From Eledone cirrhosa (Eukaryota), in assembly GCA_964016885.1 (NCBI GenBank), contig OZ024742.1, forward strand, positions 52,700,001-52,764,000: a stretch of 64,000 nt of DNA, written 5' to 3'. A program made the translations under genes and the position numbers. Below the pieces are notes generated by a model that saw only the letters and a list, made by a program, of their open reading frames with translations, was not told the origin of the DNA and searched no databases. This document shows, piece by piece, positions 40,427 to 51,874 of the stretch (within the stretch, counting starts at the first letter, position 1; every line of letters starts with the position of its first letter).

Positions 40427-42265
40427 TTATAGCCCTAGTCTACCCCCCCCCCCCCCCGGGTCATTATGGGGTTTGAGGGCGAGGTAAGTCCTACGCAATC
40501 TATGTTTACATGCAGTAACCAGTTCATCCTTCTTGTTTAGGAGTTGGTCCGTCGAAAACAGCATTTGTAAAGTTTCCTCCGAGCATAAATTGCACGGACG
40601 GCGTCCTCCCGTGTAAGAATTGGCTCTGGACAGTAATCTCCAAGTGAGATCATAGGTGATGTTGTTGTCCTTGAGGTCCCATATGTGGCCCGAAAGTGTA
40701 GTGGCGTGACGCCGGGCCGGGTTTCGGAAGGTATGTCTATGTTGGTATAGCCGGGTCTTGAAGTCACGTGCGGTAAGTCCTATATAGGCTTTGTTGGAGG
40801 TATCCGTCCTCACGTTGCACTGGTAGATCACATTACGGTCTCTGCATCTATTGTCGAGTGGGCAAATAGATCTATCCGGGCAGTTACACCTCCTGGTCGG
40901 TTCTCCACTGCTAATTAGGTTATTTCTGCCATCGGGGTTGAGTTTTTTGTTGTTAGAGGAGACGATGTTTTGTGCGAAGTTTGGTGTAGTGCTGTAAGAG
41001 AGTTTGATGGTATTTTTGTTAATTATGTTGTGGTAGCGGTGTTGTAATGGGAAGTGTTTTTCAATGAGCCTAAAGAATAGTTTCCCGATGGGAGTAGTCA
41101 CCTCTGCGTTGTGGGGAGGATTGAACCATGTTACATTGCGTGAGCGGCGGTGTCTCCTGCTGGTTCCGCTAATGGGAGCTGGACAGTAGGATATTTCCTC
41201 CCGGAAACCACTCCGCTTGAGGGCCTGGTTGTAATAAGGCGCATGTTCATCGAATATCCGCTCATTAGCTGACAAACGGGATATGCGGAGGGAGATGTTT
41301 TTGACCAGGTTGTTTGTGATGTTCCTAGGATGGTTTGATCGGCGGTGGATGTAGTGCAGATTGTCATTAGGTTTCCTGTATGGGTAGTACAGGTCGTTTT
41401 CGAGGTCGAGGGTTACGTCCAGGAAGTTTACTCGGGTCAGGGACGTTTGTAGGGTTATTTTAAATCCCCAGTCGCCGAAGAATCTGATTAATTGTTTCCG
41501 GACCCGATCTGTACTACTGGGGTTGTACCCTTTAAGGGTAAGGAGCCCATCATCACGGTACAATCCACCACCGAATGCAGGAAACATATCAGTGAGTTTG
41601 GCTATTAGGAATAATCCTATAAGATCAGTGACCTCCGCCGAATCCGTGGCGCCCATGCTGACGTCGAAGGGTGAGTCGGGAGCTCTTTTTATCCATTTAG
41701 AGTCGTCAAAGAGTAAGACTGTCTTCCTGGGGTGGAGGATGATTTTTCTTTCCTGGTCGGTGATGGGCACGAGTGTTTCGGCGAAGTCCAAGGCGGCAGT
41801 AAGTAGCGGTAAGGTGATTGAAGCATAGTAGCTCTCTATGTCGAACTGTATGAATTTAGTTTCTCGTTTATCCTCCATATTGCTGAACCAGGAGATTACT
41901 TCCTGGGTGTTGATCCATAGGCTAAGTCGGGTGTGTTGCTTGACTTTTGGTATCACGCGGTCTAGGATTTTTTTGCTGATTCTCCCTATGTCGGACTTCG
42001 TTGGGTTAATAAGCCTGATGGAGGGTTTACGGTCAAAATCGGATTTATGGTCCTTCAGTGTGAAGTATGGTGTCCGTGGGTCTAGAGGTTCCGTGCGGTC
42101 GGCGACCCCGACGCTGGAGGTGATTTGTTGTCCATCTCGATTTATGTCCTCGATACAAGAGTGGTTGGCCTTTTTATAGGTGGAGTTTAGGCTGCTCCTG
42201 ATCAGTGTGTGGTATCTGTCAGGGTTGACAAAGTATAGGTTCCCAGTTTTATCCGAATGCACCAT
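40427..42265 (-). CDS. PLE reverse transcriptase + GIY-YIG endonuclease (frame stays open up to the 5' inversion junction near 42304)
   Basis: DKTGNLY, IRLINP, FDIESYY, VSMG, LYRDDGL, VNFLDVTL, SNHP, WFNPP, CNC..CPL..C, VIYQC..YIGLT..FKTRLYQH, CNLCSEE. Confidence 0.95.
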   Translation of the reverse strand: MVHSDKTGNLYFVNPDRYHTLIRSSLNSTYKKANHSCIEDINRDGQQITSSVGVADRTEPLDPRTPYFTLKDHKSDFDRKPSIRLINPTKSDIGRISKKILDRVIPKVKQHTRLSLWINTQEVISWFSNMEDKRETKFIQFDIESYYASITLPLLTAALDFAETLVPITDQERKIILHPRKTVLLFDDSKWIKRAPDSPFDVSMGATDSAEVTDLIGLFLIAKLTDMFPAFGGGLYRDDGLLTLKGYNPSSTDRVRKQLIRFFGDWGFKITLQTSLTRVNFLDVTLDLENDLYYPYRKPNDNLHYIHRRSNHPRNITNNLVKNISLRISRLSANERIFDEHAPYYNQALKRSGFREEISYCPAPISGTSRRHRRSRNVTWFNPPHNAEVTTPIGKLFFRLIEKHFPLQHRYHNIINKNTIKLSYSTTPNFAQNIVSSNNKKLNPDGRNNLISSGEPTRRCNCPDRSICPLDNRCRDRNVIYQCNVRTDTSNKAYIGLTARDFKTRLYQHRHTFRNPARRHATTLSGHIWDLKDNNITYDLTWRLLSRANSYTGGRRPCNLCSEETLQMLFSTDQLLNKKDELVTACKHRLRRTYLALKPHNDPGGGGGRLGL

Positions 42266-43277
42266 GATGTCATTTGTGTTATCATACTCTGTTAAGTTGC
42301 TACGGAGATTTGGCGGACTCCGCCCTTTATAGCAGTTGGCTTAGACCCCGGATATTTTCCCCCTTTTTCCGACCGCTCCCACTATTCTCTGTGCCCTCTA
42401 TATTTCTTAGTGGCACATGCCTTATTTTTTCGTTTCAGTATTTCTTGCTTCGCTTTTCTTCTGGGCGGGGTGGATTCTGAATTTATTTCTCCGTATTCTA
42501 CCTTTATTTCGTACGAACTTTCATGTAGCTTGTTTTAGATCTTTTAGAGTTAGCATTAGTATATATTTTTCTCGGGACTCAGAATTATTATCTCGTACAA
42601 GTTCACTTTGCTGCACTGGGTCGTTGCTGGCCCGGGATGGAAACCTTTATTGTTTATTTCGTGGTAGTCTCTTTAGTATTTTGGCCCCTTTTGTTGACCC
42701 GTCACCGTATCATTTACGTACTTATACCTCTTAAAAGGGTCCTTGCCTTATCCGTCCCACCTAGTTCTCTTACTTATTTCCTTATTTATTTATTTATTTA
42801 TTTATTTACCTCTTTCTTTCTTTCTTTATTTTATTCTCGCCTAACAATAGCCTGACACCTAGGTCGTAGAATTTAATTTACTTTACTTTTTTCTTTACAC
42901 TTATTTGCTTTTCTTCACTCTCAGTATTTTTTCTTTCCTATTTCTACCCCCCATTGTTCTACCTACCGTTCCGACTTCCTCCCCCTCCCCCTCCCCTGTA
43001 TCTTCTTTGACCTCATGCCCAGCTGTAGCTGGCACTACCAACGCTTGATTGGGTCTACTCCACCCCCTCCCCTCTTTCTCCTACTGGCAGGTTTAGCCAC
43101 CATCTCCCCTACTAATTTGCAACCACAGAATTACTACTGATTTTTGACAATCACTTTGACCATATATGGAATTACCCCTTGAGAAGATCGGCTATTTAAA
43201 TACCAGGATAAATTTTCATTTAGTCCAGAATTAGCCGTCGAAACGGCTTGAGCTCAGCTGTTGGGGTCTTACTGGTT

Positions 43278-43372
<95 letters not shown>

Positions 43373-43579
43373 TTCGTTTCTGAATTTGTTTAGCAAGATT
43401 CTTTATCTGAAATCGTGTGTTGAAACCGATATTGTTATACTTTGGGAGGTGTCTTAACTACGATGTTTATATCATCTACGTAGCGGGAGTACATTATCAG
43501 GGTTAAGCTGTCTTCTAATTGGGACAGTAGACTTAAACTTAAACTTAAAGAACAATTAGAAGACAGCTTAACCCTGATA

Positions 43580-44722
43580 ATGTACTCCCGCTACGTAGAT
43601 GATATAAACATCGTAGTTAAGACACCCCCACTAGAGAACAGTCAGGAACTAGAGAAAAACACAATGGAAAGCATCCAGCAAATAGCAAACTCCATCCACC
43701 AGAGCATTAGAGTTACTATAGACTACCCAAATAGACACCCCAACCATCGATTACCTGTACTAGACACAGAGCTCTGGTTAGATACCATTAACAACCAAAA
43801 ACAAATCCTCCATTCCCATTATGCCAAACCCATGACTTCCAAACATCTGATCCACCGAAACTCGGCCATTTCGGACCATACCAAAATCAACATACTGATT
43901 GCGGATTTGGTACGGGTGATGAGAAATGTGTCCCGCATGTGCAACCCCGAAGAACTAGAGAGACACATACAACACTTCATCCACCGTATGCAGTTCTCTG
44001 GCTACAATCAGAGAGATAGAATCAGAGTGTATAGAGGAGCCAGAACCAAATGGGAAAAAATGGTAAATAATGACATAAATGGGACCTGCCCCTTGTATAG
44101 GAGCAAATTTTGGAATAGAATAGAAAGAACTAGGAACAAGGCTAATAGAATAAACTCATGGTATGATAGCAATAAATACCAGAGTGTAATGTTCATCGAT
44201 ACAACCCCAAGAGGCGAACTAGCCTACAAATTTAGAAGGGCCCTAAATAAACATAAACTCAATATTAAGATAGTAGAAAGACCAGGTACCTCCGTAAAAA
44301 CACTTATTAGCAAGACATACCCTTTTCAAAGACCCTCATGTATAGATAAGAAATGTATAACCTGTAAAATAAGCCCCCATATTAACTGTAAAACTAGAAA
44401 TGTAGTGTATAGCATAAGATGTACTGAAGGACAATGTAGAAACAAAAATATAGTGTACATAGGTGAGACAGCTCGTAGTATAGGGGAACGGATAAATGAA
44501 CACTGGCGAGACCTTCAAGATAATAAAGAATCATCTGTACTCTACCAACATGCTAAGATAGAACACAAGGGTAAATTAGAGAACATAGAAATAAAAATAG
44601 AATCTACACACAGAAAAGATGCAATGTTTAGACAAATTACAGAGGCAATAAACATAAAAGAATTACAACCAAAATTAAATAGAAAATATGAGTGGAACAG
44701 CAACATCACAACTTACAATTAA
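43580..44722 (+). CDS. PLE RT C-terminal half + GIY-YIG endonuclease
   Basis: RYVDD, DYPNRH..RLPVLD, HYAKPM, MQFSGY, C..C..C..NCKTRNVVY.I.C..C..YIGETAR..ER..EH, RQITEA. Confidence 0.9.
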   Translation: MYSRYVDDINIVVKTPPLENSQELEKNTMESIQQIANSIHQSIRVTIDYPNRHPNHRLPVLDTELWLDTINNQKQILHSHYAKPMTSKHLIHRNSAISDHTKINILIADLVRVMRNVSRMCNPEELERHIQHFIHRMQFSGYNQRDRIRVYRGARTKWEKMVNNDINGTCPLYRSKFWNRIERTRNKANRINSWYDSNKYQSVMFIDTTPRGELAYKFRRALNKHKLNIKIVERPGTSVKTLISKTYPFQRPSCIDKKCITCKISPHINCKTRNVVYSIRCTEGQCRNKNIVYIGETARSIGERINEHWRDLQDNKESSVLYQHAKIEHKGKLENIEIKIESTHRKDAMFRQITEAINIKELQPKLNRKYEWNSNITTYN

Positions 44723-44933
44723 GGACAAAATGAAAACACACACACACATAGAACAAACAACCAACCAATAACATGTAAATAAATAAATAAATAAACAAAT
44801 AGATAAATGAACATAAACACACACAGACACCCGGATGTGGCGCATGCGCAAACTGAGCACACAACACACACACAGAAACAAAATGGCGTAGGACAGAGAA
44901 AGGAGAGGCACAGAAACAAAGAAAAGAATCCCC

Positions 44934-44978
44934 AGTCACTGAAGAGGTCACAGAGTGTGTGACGAAAGGACTATGACT
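44934..44978 (+). ncRNA. Minimal type-I hammerhead ribozyme in the pLTR
   Basis: AGTCA-CTGAAGA-(G)GTCACA/TGTGAC-GAAAG-GA-CTA-TGACT. An eroded homologue lies near 52914-52958. Confidence 0.75.
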
Positions 44979-45128
44979 ATATATAAACAACTATCTGGTT
45001 GTGGAACCAACCAACCAACCAGAAATTTATAAATTTATAAAATTGTAAATTTATAAATATATAATAAATTGAAGTGAAAGCATCTGGTGCGTGTGTTTCT
45101 TATTGGCAACATGACCCTCCCAAAGTAT

Positions 45129-45181
<53 letters not shown>

Positions 45182-45916
45182 TATATAAATAACATACATA
45201 TATATATGTTTGTGTGTGTGTAATTGTTAACCATAAGGCAACCAGACAGGAAGACAACAACTGGAAACTACATGGTGGGTGGGTACTGAAAATTTAATAC
45301 TAATATCTATAACATGATAGTATTTATTTGAACATCTTTCTCTCCCTCTTTCTCTCTCTCTCTCTTTCTCTCTTTCTTTCTCTTTGCATCCTTTCGTATT
45401 TTTTACACCCCAACCTCATATGTGTACCTCTATCTCTCTTGCCTAACTTAACCAACCCTAACCTCTTTCATCTTCCGATCTCACTTTTCACCAAATATAT
45501 ATAGTTGGCCGGGCGCATAAACTCACTCGATATACAAATTAGGCTGCTCAGCCGTTAATATATAGTTGGCCAAATTTTAACATGTCCAAGAATATTATTT
45601 CCACAGACATTTGTTCAAAACATTCGGGATTAAATCCAGATTCTGCAAAACTATAAACATTTCGAGGTGTCAAATGTGTATGTTATTGTTTATAGTTAGA
45701 AACATTTCCCATAACAAGTGTACAAGTATACTTCTCTTGCAGCTCTAAAGCCGCATGTTTTTCAACGTAGCCTATAGGCACATACCTTTGCCTTCTAACG
45801 AGGATTTGTTGAAGCTGTTACTTATTACAAAATATCTATCTATTTATCCATCGTTCTCTATACAGTGCTGACTTTAAATACACACACGCGTGCGCATATA
45901 TATATATATATATATA

Positions 45917-46433
45917 TAGAAAGGATGAATATAAAATGAAAGTGCTTTTGTTAAAAAAGGAATTTATTAGGTATTGACATATGTTTCTGTAACAGACCGA
46001 ATACCTATGTATCGCTGCTTGCGTAATCATATAATGTTAGCAAGTATTCGATAGCAAATGTATAATCAGTTGTCACTTCTTCAGAGGTTTTGGATAAACT
46101 GGATAAAATCAGATAAAATCAAATACTTCAATTTTTCTGATTTTATCCAGTTTATCCAAAATCTCTGAAGAAGTGACAACTGATTATACATTTGCTATCG
46201 AATACTTGCTAACATTATATGATTACGCAAGCAGCGATACATAGGTATTCGGTCTGTTACAGAAACATATGTCAATACCTAATAAATTCCTTTTTTAACA
46301 AAAGCACTTTCATTTTATATTCATCCTTTCTACATTTCTCCGGAATATAATTTATACTCGTTGAGCAAACCTGCATGTACGCTGTTCATCTCTAACGTAA
46401 CGATATATTATCACTACATTATTGATAACCTGA

Positions 46434-46440
<7 letters not shown>
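45917..46440. mobile_element. Fold-back element: about 195-bp inverted arms (45917-46112 / 46137-46332) plus a one-sided tail of about 105 bp, with an HHR-like core
   Basis: Near-perfect palindrome and (TA)n flanks. CTGAAGA at 46165 and GAAAC-ATAT-GTC at 46262. Confidence 0.75.
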
Positions 46441-46486
<46 letters not shown>

Positions 46487-46489
<3 letters not shown>

Positions 46490-46655
46490 CAAAGAAAGTG
46501 TGGTAAGAAACCAGATGGACCATAACACGCCAGAGTACTCGATACTTAGAATAGTAGAGTGGGTAATAGGAAAAGAGTGAGGACCCCAACTGCTGAGTTT
46601 CTACAGCTAGCTGTCGAAACGGCCGGAGCTCAGCCGTCGGGGTCCTGACTCTTTT

Positions 46656-46660
<5 letters not shown>
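46487..46660. mobile_element. Tiny fold-back stub of the 39153 PLE family (others at 53350-53463 and 62734-62930)
   Basis: Tail ATAACAAAGAAAGTGTGGTAAG...TAGGAAAA plus short inverted end ...TTTTCCTA. (TA)n on both sides. Confidence 0.85.
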
Positions 46661-46690
<30 letters not shown>

Positions 46691-46695
<5 letters not shown>

Positions 46696-47210
46696 CAGAG
46701 GTTAAGGTGCTTACACATGGTTGTTACTTGTTACGCTGTAACTTCGTGAGGATAAGCCGGTTCGAGCAATTCAAAAGCACGTCACGTCAGTACTTTATCC
46801 CAGCTAAAGTTGGTAATTAGAAGTGACGAAGTATCATTTATCAGATTAAGAGTAGTTAAGACGGGGTAACTTCACTATAATTGCTTTATTGCATGATATA
46901 TATTTCTATTACATAGTTATGCATGTGACTTCATCAGATGCTCATACAATCATAGGTTTAGTTATGCAATCATGTGGATATGTCACTGGTCATGTATTAC
47001 CATCCAGTTGTGATGCCAACAGACATATCATGTCTTCTGGTATCACAACAGGATGGTAATACATGACCAATGACATATCCACATGATTGCATAACTAAAC
47101 CTATGATTGTATGAGCATCTGATGAAGTCACATGCATAACTATGTAATAGAAATATATTTCATGCAATAAAACAATTTTGGTGAAGTAACCCTGTCCAAA
47201 TTATCTTAAC
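46691..47210. mobile_element. Fold-back element with inverted arms (about 46860-47018 / 47038-47195) and two HHRs
   Basis: Palindromic arms, a one-sided extension at 46691-46860, and TA flanks. Confidence 0.8.
47115..47165 (+). ncRNA. Type-I hammerhead ribozyme (mirror copy at 46891-46941, minus strand)
   Basis: GCAT-CTGATGA-AGTCACAT..ATGTAATA-GAAA-TATAT-TTC-ATGC. The mirror copy has ATC at the cleavage triplet. Confidence 0.75.
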
Positions 47211-47225
47211 ATATATATGTGTGTG

Positions 47226-47298
<73 letters not shown>

Positions 47299-47734
47299 AA
47301 GAGTACACATGAATCGGAACTAGAAGCTAGCACCATGAAGAGTATCCAGCAAATAGACCAAAGGTTCTCAGCGGGGAGCATATGCTCCCCAGGGGTGCGT
47401 TTCGAATATTCAGGTGGTGGGGCGTTTTGGAGCAAGGATGCGTTAGGGGGGCACCGGAAGACTATTTACGTAGGCAAGTTTTATAAGCCACGTGTGTAGT
47501 CTCTGAGACAGCCAGTGTGAATGCATTTGAATGAAGAAAATAAATAAAAGCTTTTCAACAAATTCCCTAGGGAGATAAAAGAAAGAAATCAAAGAAAATG
47601 AAGATAAGGACAATGTCAACTTTTACAACAGTCACAAGAACAACAGAAGCAAGAAAAGAAGCAATGGTGATGAAGGGTGTGGGTGTATACATATACATAC
47701 ACACACATGCATACGTACATATATACATACATAC

Positions 47735-48346
47735 ATGGTGGTGACTGCCAACTCGTTTTCGAGTACGGCCACTACTTTATATCCATGTAGGAGAACCCCT
47801 ACCGATGCGCTGAACGAGTGTGATTTTTAGTCCAGTCAACGACTTGAAAACTCTGGTAAAAACACTACACTTGTGACAATTATTGACACATGGTGCTGGG
47901 TCCATGGTACCATGTGACGACAAGTGCAGAGAGATCTCCAGATATAAAGCAATGCCTGTGCCGTGAAGCTTTTATAGTGAGCAAAGGCACTGCACAAAGC
48001 CAGTCCCACTCTCTTAACCAAGATGATATTTACCAAAATGAATAACAAGTCAACATCATTCGATACCATCAGGGTTGCAGGTATTATATCAGAGCTTTCC
48101 TTCTCCTAGAATTCTGCCTTGACAAAGGCTAAGGAGTCATCTCTCCCGGTGATTTTGGATGGCCATTGACTCTTAAGAGCTCCTTTGCCATTTGAAAGGT
48201 TTTGTTTTTAGTCCTGCAGGATGTCCAAAGTCACCCTCCTCACCAAGAAACCTTGGTGGGGTTGCCAGTTTAGTCGCCAACGACCCGACCATGAGACAGG
48301 TTGTACTGGGATACATGTTACCAGTAGCACCAACTGGTGACCTGAC
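47735..48346 (-). mobile_element. Non-autonomous RTE-derived element, copy 2
   Basis: Colinear with 31831-32437. Confidence 0.88.
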
Positions 48347-48393
48347 ATAGTACATACATACATACATACATACATACATACATACATACATAC

Positions 48394-48999
48394 ATGGTGG
48401 CTGCCAACTCGTTTTCGAGTACGGCCACTACTTTATATCCATGTAAGAGAACCCCTACCGATACGCTGAACAAGTGTGACTTTTTAGTCCAGCCAACGAC
48501 TTGAAAACTGGTACAAACACTACACTTGTGACAATTATTGACACAGTGCTGGGCCCATGGTACCATGTGACGACAAGTGCAGAGAGATCTCCAGATATAA
48601 AGCAATGCCTGTGCCGTGAAGCTTTTATAGTGAGCAAAGGCACTGCACAAAGCCAGTCCCACTCTCTTAACCAAGATGATATTTACCAAAAAGAAGAACA
48701 AGTCAACATCATTGGATACCATCAGGGTTGCAGGTGTTATATCAGAGTTTTCCTTCTCCTAGAATTCTGCCTTGACAAAGGCTAAGGGGTCATCTCTCCC
48801 GGTGATTTTGGATGGCCATTGACTCTTAAGAGCTCCTTTTCCCTTTGACAGGTTTTGTTTTTAGTCCTGAAGGATGTCCAAAGTCACCCTCCTCACCAAG
48901 AAACCTTGGTGGGGTTGCCAGTTTAGTCGCCAACGACCCGACCATGAGACAGGTTGTACTGGGATACATGTTACCAGTAGCACCAACTGGTGACCTGAC
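48394..48999 (-). mobile_element. Non-autonomous RTE-derived element, copy 3, tandem with copy 2 across (TACA)n
   Basis: Colinear with 31831-32437. Confidence 0.88.
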
Positions 49000-49284
49000 A
49001 TACATACATACATACATACATACATACATACACATATATACACACACAGGCCGGCGTTGGTATTTGATGAGGTTGAGAACCTGGTCAGCTTCCAGCCAGA
49101 GGTGTGGTATTTAATCTCTTTAGGTAATAAAATCTGGAGTCAAAATTCTCTCCTTACCAAAAAACATCACTCATGTCAACATCCTTACACACTTAAATAT
49201 AAATGGATGTATATATACAAATGTATAAATGCATAGCTATATACGTAGGTAAATGTATATATATGTATATATGTATGTATGTAG

Positions 49285-49368
<84 letters not shown>

Positions 49369-49586
49369 TCACATATATATAGATATAGATATTTTCTTTT
49401 TTCAGTTTGGTCTACCTCTGGTTAGAACTCCATGTAATCTTCCAAAATCCGTAGAGAAGTTCTGTGTTTCGCTGAGTTAATTCTTTAGATACAGAGTCAG
49501 ATATTAAGTATTAAATTAACAATAAAAATAAAAACAAAGTCATAAAGTAACTTATCTTTGCTGTTTTTATTTTCATTGTTAATTTG

Positions 49587-49644
<58 letters not shown>

Positions 49645-49850
49645 CGCTGTGTGGCTAGAAGCTTGCTTCCCAACCACACGTTTCCGGGTTCAGTCCCACT
49701 GCCCGAGCCGACCAAAGCCCTGTGAGTGGATTTGATAGATCGAAACTAAAAGAAGCCCGTCGTATATATGTATATATGTCTGTGTGTGTCTTTGCGTTTG
49801 TCTTTGCCCTCCCACCAATGCTTGTTGGTTTGTTGACGTCCCCATAACTT
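49645..49850 (+). mobile_element. tRNA-derived SINE of a third family, internally deleted
   Basis: GTGTGGCTAGAAGCTTGCTTCCCAACCAC..GGGTTCAGTCCCACTG head, then GAGTGGATTTGATAGATCGAAACTAAAAGAAGCCCGTCG. Confidence 0.65.
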
Positions 49851-49905
49851 ACCAAGGTCATGCTCCAACATGGGCGTAGTCCAGAGACAGAAAAAAAGTA
49901 AACTG

Positions 49906-49938
<33 letters not shown>

Positions 49939-50044
49939 AGTAGAGGCGTCTCAAACTCAAGGACATAAAAGGGCCATTACGTCCTGGAGGAGAGGCACAG
50001 TGGGAAAAACGTGGTGGTGGGTGATGGTTTTCACCAGTTATAAT

Positions 50045-50257
50045 CATTTCCACTATAGGCACATAGCATGAAATTTAGGGTTTAGAGTCCCGTTGATTAC
50101 ATCGATCCCAGTTCACAACTGGTACTTAATTTATCGACCTCAAAAGGATGAAAGGCAAAGTTGAGATCAGCGGAATTTGAACTGGGAACGTAAAAACGGA
50201 AGAAGTACCGCTAAGCATTTCGCCAGATGTGCTAACGATTCCACCAGCTCACCGCCT
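50045..50257 (-). mobile_element. tRNA-derived SINE (older variant of the dominant family), inside a possible hAT MITE (about 49941-50347)
   Basis: CTGGTACTTAATTTATCGAC..AAGGATGAAAGGCAAAG..GGAATTTGAAC body. Outer ends GTCTCAAAC and GTTTGAGCCCCCTG. Confidence 0.7.
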
Positions 50258-50362
50258 CATTTCCACCAGTTATAATGTAATATGAAATATTGGTTCTACC
50301 ACGGGCCATAGAAAAGTAGTTCGCGGGCCGCATGTTTGAGCCCCCTGTTGGAGAGATAGATA

Positions 50363-50965
50363 TCTTTCTTTATTTTCTACAGGGGCGTACAAAAATGGGA
50401 CATTACAAGACGTGATGGCGGGGGTTTTACATAAAATCTTTAACAATGATAAATAACAATAAAGTATATAAAAATAAAACAATTGAAATCCCCCATTGGG
50501 GGGGGGGGGTAACGCTACTGCGGGGTTGTTTTCCACCCCGTGGATAGAACAACCCTCAACTCCAAGAATACGTTTTGTAGGTGTTCCCCTCTTCCCTCTG
50601 TTTATCTTCCTCAACCTACAGGTTTATATACAGAGATAGCCCATTTTCGCCACATTCACCCACCTTTAAGCGAATTTACTGGGGTGTAGCACCTCTCTTT
50701 CCACTCTCACCTTCCTTCTGAAGTGGTACTTAAAGAAGGGGATGAGTTGTAGTCTGGAGAGAAAGGTGCTTGCCCTCAGTCCTTTTAACCTCGTCCACCA
50801 TATTACCTCTTTCGCCATAGCCACCAGACAGAGGAAGACCGCCTCTCCTTCATTCTTAAATGAAGGCGGCGGGGTGATCCTCACGATGGACTCGGCTGAC
50901 AACTGGATGCGTCCTACACGTGACAGTAGCTGTTCGACATAATTCAACAGGTCGGTCACCCCTGG
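50363..50965 (-). mobile_element. 3' end of an L1/Tx1 LINE related to 5338-8510 (a further 3' UTR remnant near 20095-20400)
   Basis: YVEQLLSRVGRIQLSAESIV..AMAKEVIWWTRLKGL..FFKYHFRRKVRVERE matches ORF 7826-8176. Confidence 0.88.
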
Positions 50966-51874
50966 GTACATAGATAGATAGAAAGATGTGTACCAAACAC
51001 ATATTTCTTACTCTCTCTGTCTCTCACTCTTTCTCTCTCTATATATATATATATGGCGTTGTTATTTGACGTTGTTGAAAAGAGCAGTGGCCTTTGACCC
51101 GGCGATAAAGACTGGAGACAAAATTCTTTCTGTACCAAAAACAAGGCACACACACAAGTTTGTGTCTGTGTGTGTGTATTAGTGCGCGCGCGCGTATGTG
51201 TGGGTGTGTTTGTGTGTGGGTGTGTGTGTGTGTGTGGTAGTGTGCGCGCGCGTATATGTGTGTGTGTGTGTATCTATCTATGTATATATATAAGGGATAC
51301 AAATATGTTTTGCTCACTGTCACCAAACATCTCAATTTATTCGTTGCAACTAAGTTTGTGATCGAGGCACTATATTTTGCAATTACTATTTTTCCCTTGA
51401 GTTTATGATTCAAGAGAAAAGTAAGAAATTCTTCATATTTTGCATCTTTTGTATTGTGACTTTACAGTTTGAATTGTAGAATTGTCTATCCACTCAAAAT
51501 ATTACAACAGCTAACAGTGAAATATAGAATTTAAAAAAAAAAGCTTTTTCGACTGAGATCAAATCTTTGAGAACATTCACGTCTATTTTTCAAAAGTATA
51601 TAATTTGAAATAGTTTTGGACTGAAACTTTTTTGTATTTAATTCGTACGAGTATTTTTTAAAGATCTTTTTAAAGATTCCAACATAACTTGATTTGGCCC
51701 AGTAATCTACTGATATTAAAATCAGTAGTACATTGAAAAATGGAAAAATAGGGTTAGGGGGCGTTTTGTGATTTTGAGGGACAAAGGGGGGCGTTTGGCC
51801 GAAATGTGTTGAGAACCTTTGCACTAGAGCATTCAGATAATAGTAGAGCACCCCACTAAGCACCCCAACCATAG

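Larger units (their letters stand above)
39153..43280 (-). mobile_element. Young Penelope-like element with about 1-kb inverted pseudo-LTRs (39230-40203 / 42305-43280) plus a roughly 77-bp 3' tail, inserted in (TA)n
   Basis: Near-identical inverted arms, intact RT-GIY-YIG ORF, HHR in each arm. Confidence 0.95.
43419..45135 (+). mobile_element. 5'-truncated Penelope-like element of a different clade (possibly Naiad-like), with a 21-bp inverted end and an HHR
   Basis: ATATTGTTATACTTTGGGAGG near 43428 is the inverse of CCTCCCAAAGTATAACAATAT near 45116. ORF 43580-44722. (TA)n at the 3' end. Confidence 0.88.
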
